Source: Candidatus Hadarchaeota archaeon (GTDB lineage: Archaea > CAYQAE01 > CAYVLA01). Taken from it: a stretch of 64,000 bases of DNA. Below are positions 47,606 to 56,245 of this stretch, piece after piece. The notes beneath the pieces were generated by a model, which ran no database searches, had not been told where the DNA came from, and worked only from the letters and a program-made list of their open reading frames with translations. The DNA lies in NCBI GenBank assembly GCA_964452145.1, contig CAYVLA010000008.1, positions 12,360 through 76,359 of the forward strand. The letters are read 5' to 3'. Numbering within the stretch: position 1 is the stretch's first letter; every line of letters begins with the position of its first letter. The position numbers and the translations under genes were made by a program.

Positions 47606-48625
47606 CTACTCGGCAACCGTCATCCTGGTGTCCCTCATCACCCTCACGAGGCCGGATGGCTCCGTCCTGACTATCTCGAACTCTGCGTCCAGCAGCGAGA
47701 TCTTGTCGCCCACCTTCACCTTCCTAGCATAAACGGCATTGAGAAGGTCATCATGTATCTGGTCGAGTATCCCCTGTGTCATCTTGGTGCTGGCCTCTAT
47801 CCCGATCTCTTGCGCCTCGCCCAAGTCCTCTCGCTGCACCGACTCACCTATGACCTTGCCGTCTCGAAGATAGGTGATGATATCGACGACGTCGGCAACC
47901 TTTGGATCGTGCGTGGCCACGATCACCGTCGTGCCCTCCTCCTTCTGCAGCTCCTTCATCAGATCGATGATTTCAAGGCCCGTCTTGGTGTCCAAGTTCC
48001 CGGTCGGCTCGTCTGCAAGCACCAGATCCGGGCGATTGACCAGAGCCCTAGCGATGGCCACCCTCTGTTGTTCACCCCCGCTCAACTCGGTCGGGCGGTG
48101 GTCGACCCTATCGCCCAGGCCTACCCTCTTGAGGAGGTCCATGGCCCTTTCTCGCCTCTCCTCCTCCCCTATACCGGCGAAGACCATCGGGAGCTCCACG
48201 TTCTCGATGGCGGTCAGGACGGGGATCAGGTTGTAGATCTGGAAGATGAAACCAACGTTCTGCTGTCGAAGCTTGGAAAGGTGGGCCTGGTCCATCTTGG
48301 TGATCTCTCTTCCCGACATGAAGACCTTCCCGGATGTGGGCCTGTCGAGGCCGGAGATGACGTTCAGAAAGGTCGTCTTGCCGCTGCCCGAAGGCCCCAT
48401 GAACGCAACGAAATCTCCTTTGGCAATCCTGGCGTTGACGCCGTCCAGAGCCCTGACCTCGATCTTGCTCCCCATGTCGAAGATCTTGCTGACATCCTGG
48501 GTCTCGATGACAAACTGCTCGGTTCCAGCCTTTGCTTCGGCTGCAGTAATGACCTTCTGTCTAACGGGCTTCTTTTCCTCGCCCTTCTCCTCAACTTCCT
48601 CTGATCTCTCTTCCTTACCACTCAT
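47606..48625 (-). CDS. ABC ATPase (LolD/MacB type) with C-terminal CDC48 domain-2-like extension
   Basis: GPSGSGKT, LSGGEQQRVAIARAL, DEPTGNLD; tail FEIVRTEPSGLVRVMRDTRMTV. Confidence 0.9.
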   Translation of the reverse strand: MSGKEERSEEVEEKGEEKKPVRQKVITAAEAKAGTEQFVIETQDVSKIFDMGSKIEVRALDGVNARIAKGDFVAFMGPSGSGKTTFLNVISGLDRPTSGKVFMSGREITKMDQAHLSKLRQQNVGFIFQIYNLIPVLTAIENVELPMVFAGIGEEERRERAMDLLKRVGLGDRVDHRPTELSGGEQQRVAIARALVNRPDLVLADEPTGNLDTKTGLEIIDLMKELQKEEGTTVIVATHDPKVADVVDIITYLRDGKVIGESVQREDLGEAQEIGIEASTKMTQGILDQIHDDLLNAVYARKVKVGDKISLLDAEFEIVRTEPSGLVRVMRDTRMTVAE

Positions 48626-50975
48626 AGGTGAACGCCTCCACGGGCTCCATCTTGGCAGCGCGCCTTGAAGGATAGATGCCCGCTGCTATTGCGACCGCCA
48701 CGGCCAGCAGTATGCCCGCGATCCATCCAACCGCGAGCGTCGCGACAGGCAAGTGCAGCCCCGTCCTGCCGAAGTAGAAAGCCAAGGATGTTACGGTCCC
48801 CAACAAGCAGCCCAGCAGGCCGCCAAGAGCGCCGATGATCCCGGCTTCCGAGAGGAATACCCTCATGACCTCTCCCGGGGTCGCACCCACCGCCACCATG
48901 ATTCCGATCTCCTTCGTCCTCTCCAGAACCGATGTCAGCATCGCATTCGTTATGCCGAGGGCGCCGACCACGATGGCGAAGACTACGACCTGAAGTTGGT
49001 AAGCCTGGATGCTGTATCCGGGCGTGAGCTGCCTCTGGAAGGCCGATATGACGAGCAGGTTCACGAGCATCCCGATGCCGACCGTTATGCCGAGCGACGT
49101 CAGCATGCTTCGCAGCTTCCGCTTTCCCAGGTTTCTGGCGGCCATGGCTGAGTAGTAGGACTTTCTAACGACCCTTGATATCGTGCCGAAGACCTTCCCC
49201 TCATCTGCGCTTATGGCCCATTCGCCCCCAATGGCTTTTATGGGGTCAAGGCTTCCCGCGAGCCTTGCCGGGAAAACCCCGGCGGCAACGCTGACCAGAG
49301 TGCCCATGGATACTGACGCCATTATCCAGAGCGGGTTCACCTTGAGCGCTATCGCCGGGACTCCGGGAAGCATGTGGGTCAGGAACGCTATGAGCGTCCC
49401 GACCAGGTAACCTCCCACGCCGCCCAACAAGCCGATTATCAGGAGTTCGAAGACGTACATGTCCATGATGTGCCACACCTCCGAACCCATTGCCCCCATT
49501 ATGCCGACCTCTCTGACCCTCTCGTATATGGACAGAACGGTTGCGTTCATCACGACGATGATCGCGACAACGAGGGTGATCAGCACCGACTGCAGATGGG
49601 CGAGCTGGCTGGTCTTGACCTGTTCGGCCACTATGCTCGGCCCGCCTTCCTCGGTTATGACGAGCTTCGGGATCTGGGTATTCATGTCCCGCCGGCTTGC
49701 CACAGCTTCCGCAAGCTCGGCGGTTCTCTGTACCCTCTGGATGTTGTCATCGCCTTCGAACTTCACCGTCACACTGGCCTCTTGGACGAACCCCTCGCGA
49801 CAGCGAACGATCTCCTTGGCGGAGAGGTAGTGGACGTAGATGTTCGCATTGTCCTTCCTCCTCGATGATATAAAGATCCCCACAACCCGGAGATAGCAGT
49901 CGTCGCCCACGGCATCGCCGTTGGCACCCTCCGTCCCGGCTGGGAGAAAGATCAGGTCGCCGTCTTGCGGACCGACCTTCGCTATCTTCAGATCGTACGC
50001 CTTCTCCACCCCTACTATCGCAGGATACACAGGACGGCCTTCGTATCCTCCCATCGCCCAGGTCTCAGGATCGAGGTACTCCCCGGTTGTGATCTCGATC
50101 TCCCTCTTCCTGTCCCCTATCTCCTCGGTGTAGGTGTACCACAGACGGTACTGTAACGCCACGGCCTTGGTGAGGTCGTCATAGTTTTTCACCTTCACTT
50201 CCAGCATGTAAGTCCGGTAGGTCTTGTAGACGATCCCCGGTATCTGGGTGAACCCCTCTTCGTTGATCTCGGCTATCTTCAGTGGTTCGCCGCCCTCGCC
50301 GTAGATCCTGAGGTTGAACGTGCCTGGGCTGGCACCGGGGACAACCATGTAGCTGAGTTCGCCGTTGAAACCATGGCTCTCCTTCTCCTCAAGGACTCCT
50401 TCCGTTTCAAGGGTCGCATCTTTGCCGCGCAGAACCGAGAGGTTGAGATCCTCCCACTTCTCCCAATAGGGCTGGCCCGTGGTCTGGTTGACCCTGGGCG
50501 TACGCAACTTGGACTCGGCCAGCGGGTCTATGCCGACGAGGTTGATCAGACCGGGATACGTCGTGGCCGGATATCCGGGAATCCCGGGATGGACCACGGA
50601 GAACTTGTCGCCGACGAGCCTTCGAAGAAGCAGCTGCTCGCCGTTCTCATCGGGCGTACCGATCCGGACCGCCACGACGTCCACCAAATCGTTGGCCTTC
50701 AGCTCGTGAACAAGGCTCAGGGGGACGCGTCCGGTCCTTATGCCGGCCCTGACCCAGCGGTTGGCCTCAACTATCAGGAAGTCGCAGAAGAAGGGATAGG
50801 GTTGCCGACCGGAGTGGAAGCTCGCTATCTGGGCACTTATCGTGTCCTCCACCGAGACTATGACAACGAAACAGGCGATTGCAAGCGTGATGCTCAGGAT
50901 GGTTATGACGGAGCGGATTCTTCTTCTCCTGAAGTTTTTCCAAGCTATCCGGAACATCGGGTTTTCTAGAACCAC
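48615..50975 (-). CDS. MacB/FtsX-family ABC permease with two FtsX domains
   Basis: Two ER..EIGIM.A.G motifs and PA..A...P..A ends; one large extracytoplasmic domain. Confidence 0.88.
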   Translation of the reverse strand: MVLENPMFRIAWKNFRRRRIRSVITILSITLAIACFVVIVSVEDTISAQIASFHSGRQPYPFFCDFLIVEANRWVRAGIRTGRVPLSLVHELKANDLVDVVAVRIGTPDENGEQLLLRRLVGDKFSVVHPGIPGYPATTYPGLINLVGIDPLAESKLRTPRVNQTTGQPYWEKWEDLNLSVLRGKDATLETEGVLEEKESHGFNGELSYMVVPGASPGTFNLRIYGEGGEPLKIAEINEEGFTQIPGIVYKTYRTYMLEVKVKNYDDLTKAVALQYRLWYTYTEEIGDRKREIEITTGEYLDPETWAMGGYEGRPVYPAIVGVEKAYDLKIAKVGPQDGDLIFLPAGTEGANGDAVGDDCYLRVVGIFISSRRKDNANIYVHYLSAKEIVRCREGFVQEASVTVKFEGDDNIQRVQRTAELAEAVASRRDMNTQIPKLVITEEGGPSIVAEQVKTSQLAHLQSVLITLVVAIIVVMNATVLSIYERVREVGIMGAMGSEVWHIMDMYVFELLIIGLLGGVGGYLVGTLIAFLTHMLPGVPAIALKVNPLWIMASVSMGTLVSVAAGVFPARLAGSLDPIKAIGGEWAISADEGKVFGTISRVVRKSYYSAMAARNLGKRKLRSMLTSLGITVGIGMLVNLLVISAFQRQLTPGYSIQAYQLQVVVFAIVVGALGITNAMLTSVLERTKEIGIMVAVGATPGEVMRVFLSEAGIIGALGGLLGCLLGTVTSLAFYFGRTGLHLPVATLAVGWIAGILLAVAVAIAAGIYPSRRAAKMEPVEAFTYEW

Positions 50976-51002
50976 CGACTCTCCACTCCGCAGCCGGAAG
51001 TT

Positions 51003-51104
51003 TCAGCCCCGGACATAGGCCAGATAGCCTATGACTAGGATGACCATTACCCAGATAATGATCAGAAGGGTGTTGAAGCCCGTAACCATCTGAGTAAGGA
51101 CCAC
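51003..51104 (-). CDS. 33-aa single-TM small protein
   Basis: MVLTQMVTGFNTLLIIIWVMVILVIGYLAYVRG; GGAGGT SD; fills operon gap. Confidence 0.6.
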   Translation of the reverse strand: MVLTQMVTGFNTLLIIIWVMVILVIGYLAYVRG

Positions 51105-51116
51105 GTCATCGACCTC

Positions 51117-51245
51117 CTATTCTCCCCAGAAATAGCCCCAGAGTATGAGGTAGAGGTGGAAGAACCCGTACGCCAGAAGTAGCATGAAGAACAACTTCGA
51201 AGCAACCTTGATCTCCGCGACACCTTGTGTCAGAGGCAACGGCAT
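51117..51245 (-). CDS. 42-aa single-TM small protein
   Basis: MPLPLTQGVAEIKVASKLFFMLLLAYGFFHLYLILWGYFWGE; GGAGGT SD; fills operon gap. Confidence 0.6.
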   Translation of the reverse strand: MPLPLTQGVAEIKVASKLFFMLLLAYGFFHLYLILWGYFWGE

Positions 51246-51258
51246 TCATCCCGACCTC

Positions 51259-51462
51259 CTACTCTTCCTCCAGGCTTTCCCTTACTTTCTGCTCGTAGTA
51301 TCTCTGCTTCATCCTGCGCTCATCGTACCAGAAGATCAGTACCCCTACCAGCGCAAGACCCACAACGGCAAGCATCAGCAGCAGATCCATCCACAGGAAC
51401 CTGGTTCCCGGGAAGATCGGCTTCCTCATCGCCGGTAACAGCCGCGTGACAACGCTCAGCAT
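51259..51462 (-). CDS. 67-aa single-TM small protein
   Basis: ATG 51462 after GAAGGAGA; TM helix then charged tail. Confidence 0.65.
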   Translation of the reverse strand: MLSVVTRLLPAMRKPIFPGTRFLWMDLLLMLAVVGLALVGVLIFWYDERRMKQRYYEQKVRESLEEE

Positions 51463-51473
51463 ATCTCCTTCAC

Positions 51474-52271
51474 CTACCACAGTTCTCCTCTTTCGGCCTT
51501 CTCCTTCAACCTGTTCATCATATCCACGGTCAGGTAAACGAAGACGACAACAAGGGCCCCTATCACTATGAAAGCGGTGATGCCCCACCCGGGCTTCCCG
51601 AAGAGGATTCTGAACTGTCCCTTATCCGGAACGTTCCTTGTGATGTGCCACAGGATCGCCACCCTGCCGGTGGCGGGATCGTATGACTTGGCCGAGTCCA
51701 ATGCGGGGTCCCATTCCTTCGGGACGTATCCCAGAGGCGGGTACAGCCTCACGATCAGCTCGTTCACGGGTGCCTCGAAATGGGGGGTCCTGAATGCCAC
51801 TTCCGTGTTCTCGCCCGTCCTTCCCAGGATCTTGTCTCCCAGCGTCCTCTCGCCCACGCGCGATATGCCCTCATCGCCGGCAAGATCGTAGACGTAGTAC
51901 CTCATGATGACGACGAAATCGTCCCCAGTGTAGATCTTCTCGGGCAGGGTCACCTCTATGATCGTCTGGTTGGCGGTCTGGATGATCCTCTTGTCGATGT
52001 CCTTTGCAGCCGTGGTTCGCACCGTTGTCTCATCGGCGTTTGGCATCTCCTCGGATCCGTACGGCAGCGTCACGTTGATCCTTTCAACGAACCCCTCGAA
52101 GCAGTATATGGTGATGGCCTGAGAAACGTAGATGGTACCTCCGCCCTCATATATGGTGCAGTCGAAGGATTGGGTGGGATAGTAATAACCGACCGCGTAG
52201 ACGCTGTTACCAAGCATGAAGCTGCCAAGAACCACGAAGAGACACAGCAGAGGCGCGCAACCCTTACGCAC
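51474..52271 (-). CDS. Secreted, C-terminally anchored beta-rich protein
   Basis: Signal peptide, C-terminal TM; first gene after TTTATATA box at about 52342-52349. Confidence 0.7.
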   Translation of the reverse strand: MRKGCAPLLCLFVVLGSFMLGNSVYAVGYYYPTQSFDCTIYEGGGTIYVSQAITIYCFEGFVERINVTLPYGSEEMPNADETTVRTTAAKDIDKRIIQTANQTIIEVTLPEKIYTGDDFVVIMRYYVYDLAGDEGISRVGERTLGDKILGRTGENTEVAFRTPHFEAPVNELIVRLYPPLGYVPKEWDPALDSAKSYDPATGRVAILWHITRNVPDKGQFRILFGKPGWGITAFIVIGALVVVFVYLTVDMMNRLKEKAERGELW

Positions 52272-52453
52272 GAGAGGACCCTCCTCGCAAGACGCCCGAA
52301 ATCCGGGCAGCACAAGGACGCGCGCCAATCCCTTTGGCAGCTATATAAATGTTTTGTGATGGCAAAAAAGAGGCCGATTATCAGCCCTATTAGGAAACAA
52401 GACATTAATAAGATTCTAAAAGCCAAAAAAGGACGTTTCCAGAGGTTTCTGAC

Positions 52454-53965
52454 TTGGATAAGCCCTTCGTGGGGATATTGATACACCCCTGGGACCTCAA
52501 GGACGAGGGCGTTCTGGGGGTTGCAGAGAGCCTTGTGGGGCTGGGCATCTCCTCGGCGTTCATCGCTGTCAACGCCTCAGCCGAGGAGCATCCCCCGCAG
52601 CCCGTCGATGCCAGGCTCACACACAACCCCAAGAGAAAGAGGTACGTATCGGAAGAAGGCCGGTTCTACTACGAGATCGATCCGTCCTTCTACCCCAATT
52701 CGGTTGCCATCCCGAAACGTTCATCTGACGCCGATCTCATGGGCTTCGACTGTCTCCGGGAGTCCCTCGAGCAGCTGTCAGGATGCGGGATAGCGGGCTA
52801 TGCCTGGTTAACGGCCCTCCACAACGGCCAGCTCGTCGCCGAGGCCGGAGAACTTGCCGCAGTGGATATTTCGGGAAAGGCCGACCGCAACTGGATCTGC
52901 CCCCACAACCCGAATGCCGTCATACAGGTCCTTGAAACCGTTAACGAGATCCAGGCACGGTACCCGCTGAAGGGCATCCTGCTGGACAACTTCTGGTGGA
53001 AATACCCCCACACCCACATGGCTTCTCTGGAGACAGGGATGGAGTGCTTCTGCGAACACTGCAAAGAAAGGATGGGATCACTGGGCATTAGCATAGCGGA
53101 ACTCATGAAGGCCGTCCGGCAGATCCCCGCCGCAGCCAGATCCCTTTGCAGCTCCAAGGTCAGGGAGATCAACAGGGCACCGACCGAGGAGCTTCTCCGA
53201 ATCGTGGGGCTGCCACCGGTGGAGGGGGGAGGGTATGCCGACATCATGAACACGCTCTTCGAGGAAGAGAAGAAGAGGGACGCGATCCACGAACTAGCCG
53301 AGTCCGACCGCCTAGGGATCTTTCGATGGCTGGAGGAAAACCCCGTTGTCTTTGAATGGCTGGACCTCAAGGCCGACGGCCTGCGCGATCTCCTGAGCGC
53401 CCTGCACCAACTTGTGAAGGCCAACAACCCCGATTTCCAGATTGGCCTCGCAATCTGGTCGCCGAGATCATCATGGGCAGTCTGCCAAAGCTATCGCAAG
53501 CTGGCACCCTACGCCGACTGGCTGATGCCGATGACCTATCACCGATTATGGGGGTGGTATTCTTCATCCGTCGCCGAGGAGCTCTTTGAAATAGCCCACC
53601 CCAGGACCCCCCGGTACTTCGCCTCCTATAAAGACGTCCTAGGAGCGTGGTTCAAACTGGCCGGATACACATCCCGACCCCTGAGGAGCCTCATCTTCAA
53701 CGGTCTGCCGCCGTCCCAGATCAAGAAGGAGCTGGTGCGCGCCCGTTCCCTGGTGGGGCAGGGCTTGCCCCTCTACGCCGGTCTACAGCTCTGGGAGCCC
53801 GGGAGCCGGGTGCCCCACCCCGAGCAATCCGCCGAGGCGACGGCAGTATGCTTGGACACGGATGTCAACGGTGTCATAATCCAAGCCTACGGATGGGCCC
53901 CTCTCCCGAACCTGATGGCAGCATCAAGGGTCCTCGAGGAGTTCAGCCGCACGCTTAACATTTGA
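52454..53965 (+). CDS. Putative glycoside hydrolase-like TIM-barrel protein
   Basis: HPWDL.DEG, W...LHN, WICP.NP, GILLD, CFCEHC, PMTY pattern. Confidence 0.65.
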   Translation: MDKPFVGILIHPWDLKDEGVLGVAESLVGLGISSAFIAVNASAEEHPPQPVDARLTHNPKRKRYVSEEGRFYYEIDPSFYPNSVAIPKRSSDADLMGFDCLRESLEQLSGCGIAGYAWLTALHNGQLVAEAGELAAVDISGKADRNWICPHNPNAVIQVLETVNEIQARYPLKGILLDNFWWKYPHTHMASLETGMECFCEHCKERMGSLGISIAELMKAVRQIPAAARSLCSSKVREINRAPTEELLRIVGLPPVEGGGYADIMNTLFEEEKKRDAIHELAESDRLGIFRWLEENPVVFEWLDLKADGLRDLLSALHQLVKANNPDFQIGLAIWSPRSSWAVCQSYRKLAPYADWLMPMTYHRLWGWYSSSVAEELFEIAHPRTPRYFASYKDVLGAWFKLAGYTSRPLRSLIFNGLPPSQIKKELVRARSLVGQGLPLYAGLQLWEPGSRVPHPEQSAEATAVCLDTDVNGVIIQAYGWAPLPNLMAASRVLEEFSRTLNI

Positions 53966-54005
53966 ACGCTCACATTTATAAAGGAAGCGCGCTCTCCTCT
54001 CCAGC

Positions 54006-54551
54006 ATGAGCAAGAGATCGTCCGAACCCCGAAACGCGAGGAGGATCAACCTATACCTCCCCTCCTCGACCATGAAGCAGGCGTGGGAAACCGAAGCCAA
54101 AAGCAGAGCACTGACCCTCACCGAACTGATCGTCGGCTCGGTCCAACGATTCTTCGCCAAGAACGATGACAACCAGCCGGATACCAGACAATTAGAGGAG
54201 AGAATCCGCAACCAGGACCAAGAGATCAGGAAGCTCTCTCAGGATAAGCACCGGCTAGAAGCACTCGTCGACTACCTAGACCAAGAGTTGAGGAAATGCC
54301 GAGCCGAACCGTGGCAGGAACTCCAGCGGGAAGGAACCCGCAGCTTCGACAAGGAACTCATCGACCTGCTCAAGTCGAACGCGGAGGGCTCAGGTAAGCA
54401 GAAGGCCCTCACCGATGAAGATATCTTCACCAAGCTCAGAATCGATCCACGCCAAACGTACGAAGTCAAGGCGATCTCGAATCAGCTGAAAGCCCTCCAG
54501 AGATGGGGCTTGATCCAATACTCCCCAGCCGGATGGAGGTGGGTCAGATGA
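54006..54551 (+). CDS. Putative DNA-binding protein (RHH-like N-terminus, coiled coil, winged-helix-like C-terminus)
   Basis: RRINLYLPS...W...A; coupled to integrase by ATGA overlap; TTTATAAA box about 25 nt upstream (leaderless). Confidence 0.7.
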   Translation: MSKRSSEPRNARRINLYLPSSTMKQAWETEAKSRALTLTELIVGSVQRFFAKNDDNQPDTRQLEERIRNQDQEIRKLSQDKHRLEALVDYLDQELRKCRAEPWQELQREGTRSFDKELIDLLKSNAEGSGKQKALTDEDIFTKLRIDPRQTYEVKAISNQLKALQRWGLIQYSPAGWRWVR

Positions 54552-55495
54552 ACGACGCCAACTCAGAGTTGACCCCGGAATCCAGACAGATATTGAGCAG
54601 ATTCATCCAGGACGAGAAGCTTAGAGGACTCGCAGACAGGTACGTCGGCAACGAGAGAACCCGGCTGGAGGTGTTCTTGAGATTCGTTGGGAAGTCACCG
54701 CAGGATATCACCGAAGACGACCTGAAGCGATTTCTCGCACACCTCCAAGGCGACAGGCAATCCTCAAATGGGACGATCAAGAACTACTCGACCGCGCTCT
54801 CCTCCTTCTTCTCTTACTTGGAATATGAGCGCCTTATCGACAACAATGTCTTCCCTCGATTCAGGCGACGCTACCTATCCCACATTACGAAGAAGATGAA
54901 CGGTATCGCGACTCGCCGACAGATACTGAGCGTTGAGCAGATGGCACAGCTCGTGAACTCGATACTAGACCCAGAGGTAAAGGCAATAGCGACCTTGCTG
55001 GCAAAGACCGGGATAAGGGTAGGAGAGCTAATCAACATCAGGGTCCAGGATGTCGACATTGCCGCTGGGACGATAGAGCTGAGGCCAACGGGCAAGAGGG
55101 CCGAACAGACCATCTTCATAGATGACGAAGCAGCAAGATGCTTGACCGAATGGCTTGATGTCAGGCACTTGCAAGCCAAGCCCGGTGAAGATGCCCTCTT
55201 CACCGATTACCTAGGTACTGCCCCCCGAATGGAGGCGATAGAGAGAAGAATCGCGAAGTATGCTGCCCGCTTGGGCCTCCACGACCCTACCACAAGGGAT
55301 CTCTCCAGGCGGCTGACTCCTCACTGCTTCCGGCACTTCTTCACGACCCATCTATTGAGGTCGGGGATGCCTCGTGAGTATGTCAAGGAGCTCCGCGGAG
55401 ACACCCGCCAGGAGACGGTGGATATCTATCATCACATAGACCGCGAGGACTTGAGAAGGTCGTACCTGACCCATGTCCCCAACTTCGGAATCTAG
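54548..55495 (+). CDS. Tyrosine recombinase/integrase
   Basis: KTGIRVGEL, K, HCFRH, LRGD, catalytic Y in VDIYHH. Confidence 0.92.
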   Translation: MNDANSELTPESRQILSRFIQDEKLRGLADRYVGNERTRLEVFLRFVGKSPQDITEDDLKRFLAHLQGDRQSSNGTIKNYSTALSSFFSYLEYERLIDNNVFPRFRRRYLSHITKKMNGIATRRQILSVEQMAQLVNSILDPEVKAIATLLAKTGIRVGELINIRVQDVDIAAGTIELRPTGKRAEQTIFIDDEAARCLTEWLDVRHLQAKPGEDALFTDYLGTAPRMEAIERRIAKYAARLGLHDPTTRDLSRRLTPHCFRHFFTTHLLRSGMPREYVKELRGDTRQETVDIYHHIDREDLRRSYLTHVPNFGI

Positions 55496-55568
55496 GCTAT
55501 GTCGCAGCTTGGGAGTTCCAACCGAAGTATCTTTCAACTTTGGGTCATTTGACTTGGTGGCGAAGGGT

Positions 55569-56087
55569 GTGCCGTTCTGCCCGACTTGTGGAAGGGAAGT
55601 CCGCAGCGATATGAACTACTGTGCGGGTTGCGGGGCGAAGCTAGCCACGCAAGCAAGTGCTAGGCCGCCCGACATTGCTGTTGAGCGCCGTTTCGCTGAA
55701 AGAGAAAAGAAGGTGGCTCTCGTCATCCTTCTCGTGGCTGCTGGGATAGCCTTTCTTCTCTTCTGGACAGGAGCGCTCCCAGGATGGGTGCGAGCAGAAG
55801 TGGTTCATCGAAATGCCTATGAGAGCCTGTCACGTCTCGACTATGGCATAACCGTCGTTGGGAGAATATACAATCACGGTGGCGCTGGCACAGTGAAGGT
55901 AGCCGCGATGATCAAATGGGACGACCAGACTCCGATGAGAACACAGACTGTCGCGATAGGACCCCACGAAGAGAAGGAAGTCGTGTTCGAGTTCAAGGAA
56001 CCTACCTTCTGGGAGGCCCTCCGAGGAGGCAAATACACATACAACGTCTGGATAGCTCAGCCAAGCTTCGTTCTGAACTTTCCATAG
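55569..56087 (+). CDS. Zinc-ribbon membrane protein
   Basis: FCPTCG...YCAGCG, TM helix, small Ig-like ectodomain. Confidence 0.75.
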   Translation: MPFCPTCGREVRSDMNYCAGCGAKLATQASARPPDIAVERRFAEREKKVALVILLVAAGIAFLLFWTGALPGWVRAEVVHRNAYESLSRLDYGITVVGRIYNHGGAGTVKVAAMIKWDDQTPMRTQTVAIGPHEEKEVVFEFKEPTFWEALRGGKYTYNVWIAQPSFVLNFP

Positions 56088-56245
56088 CCCAACCGGCTTG
56101 AATTGGGAGAGCCGCTCCATCTCTTGACTATTGGTGGATACTGCCCTAACATCATGGAATCAGCCTCGCCATAGCGACCCCTAGGCGCGAACTATATCGG
56201 CCAGTTTCGCCAACCCTCGTGTAGTCTCGGCCTTTGGCTATCTGG

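Noticed and set aside
47558..48604. 348-aa plus-strand ORF
   Set aside because: Antisense shadow of the ABC ATPase.
53940..54010. att site or tRNA at the element's left edge
   Set aside because: No tRNA or direct repeat recognisable within the window.
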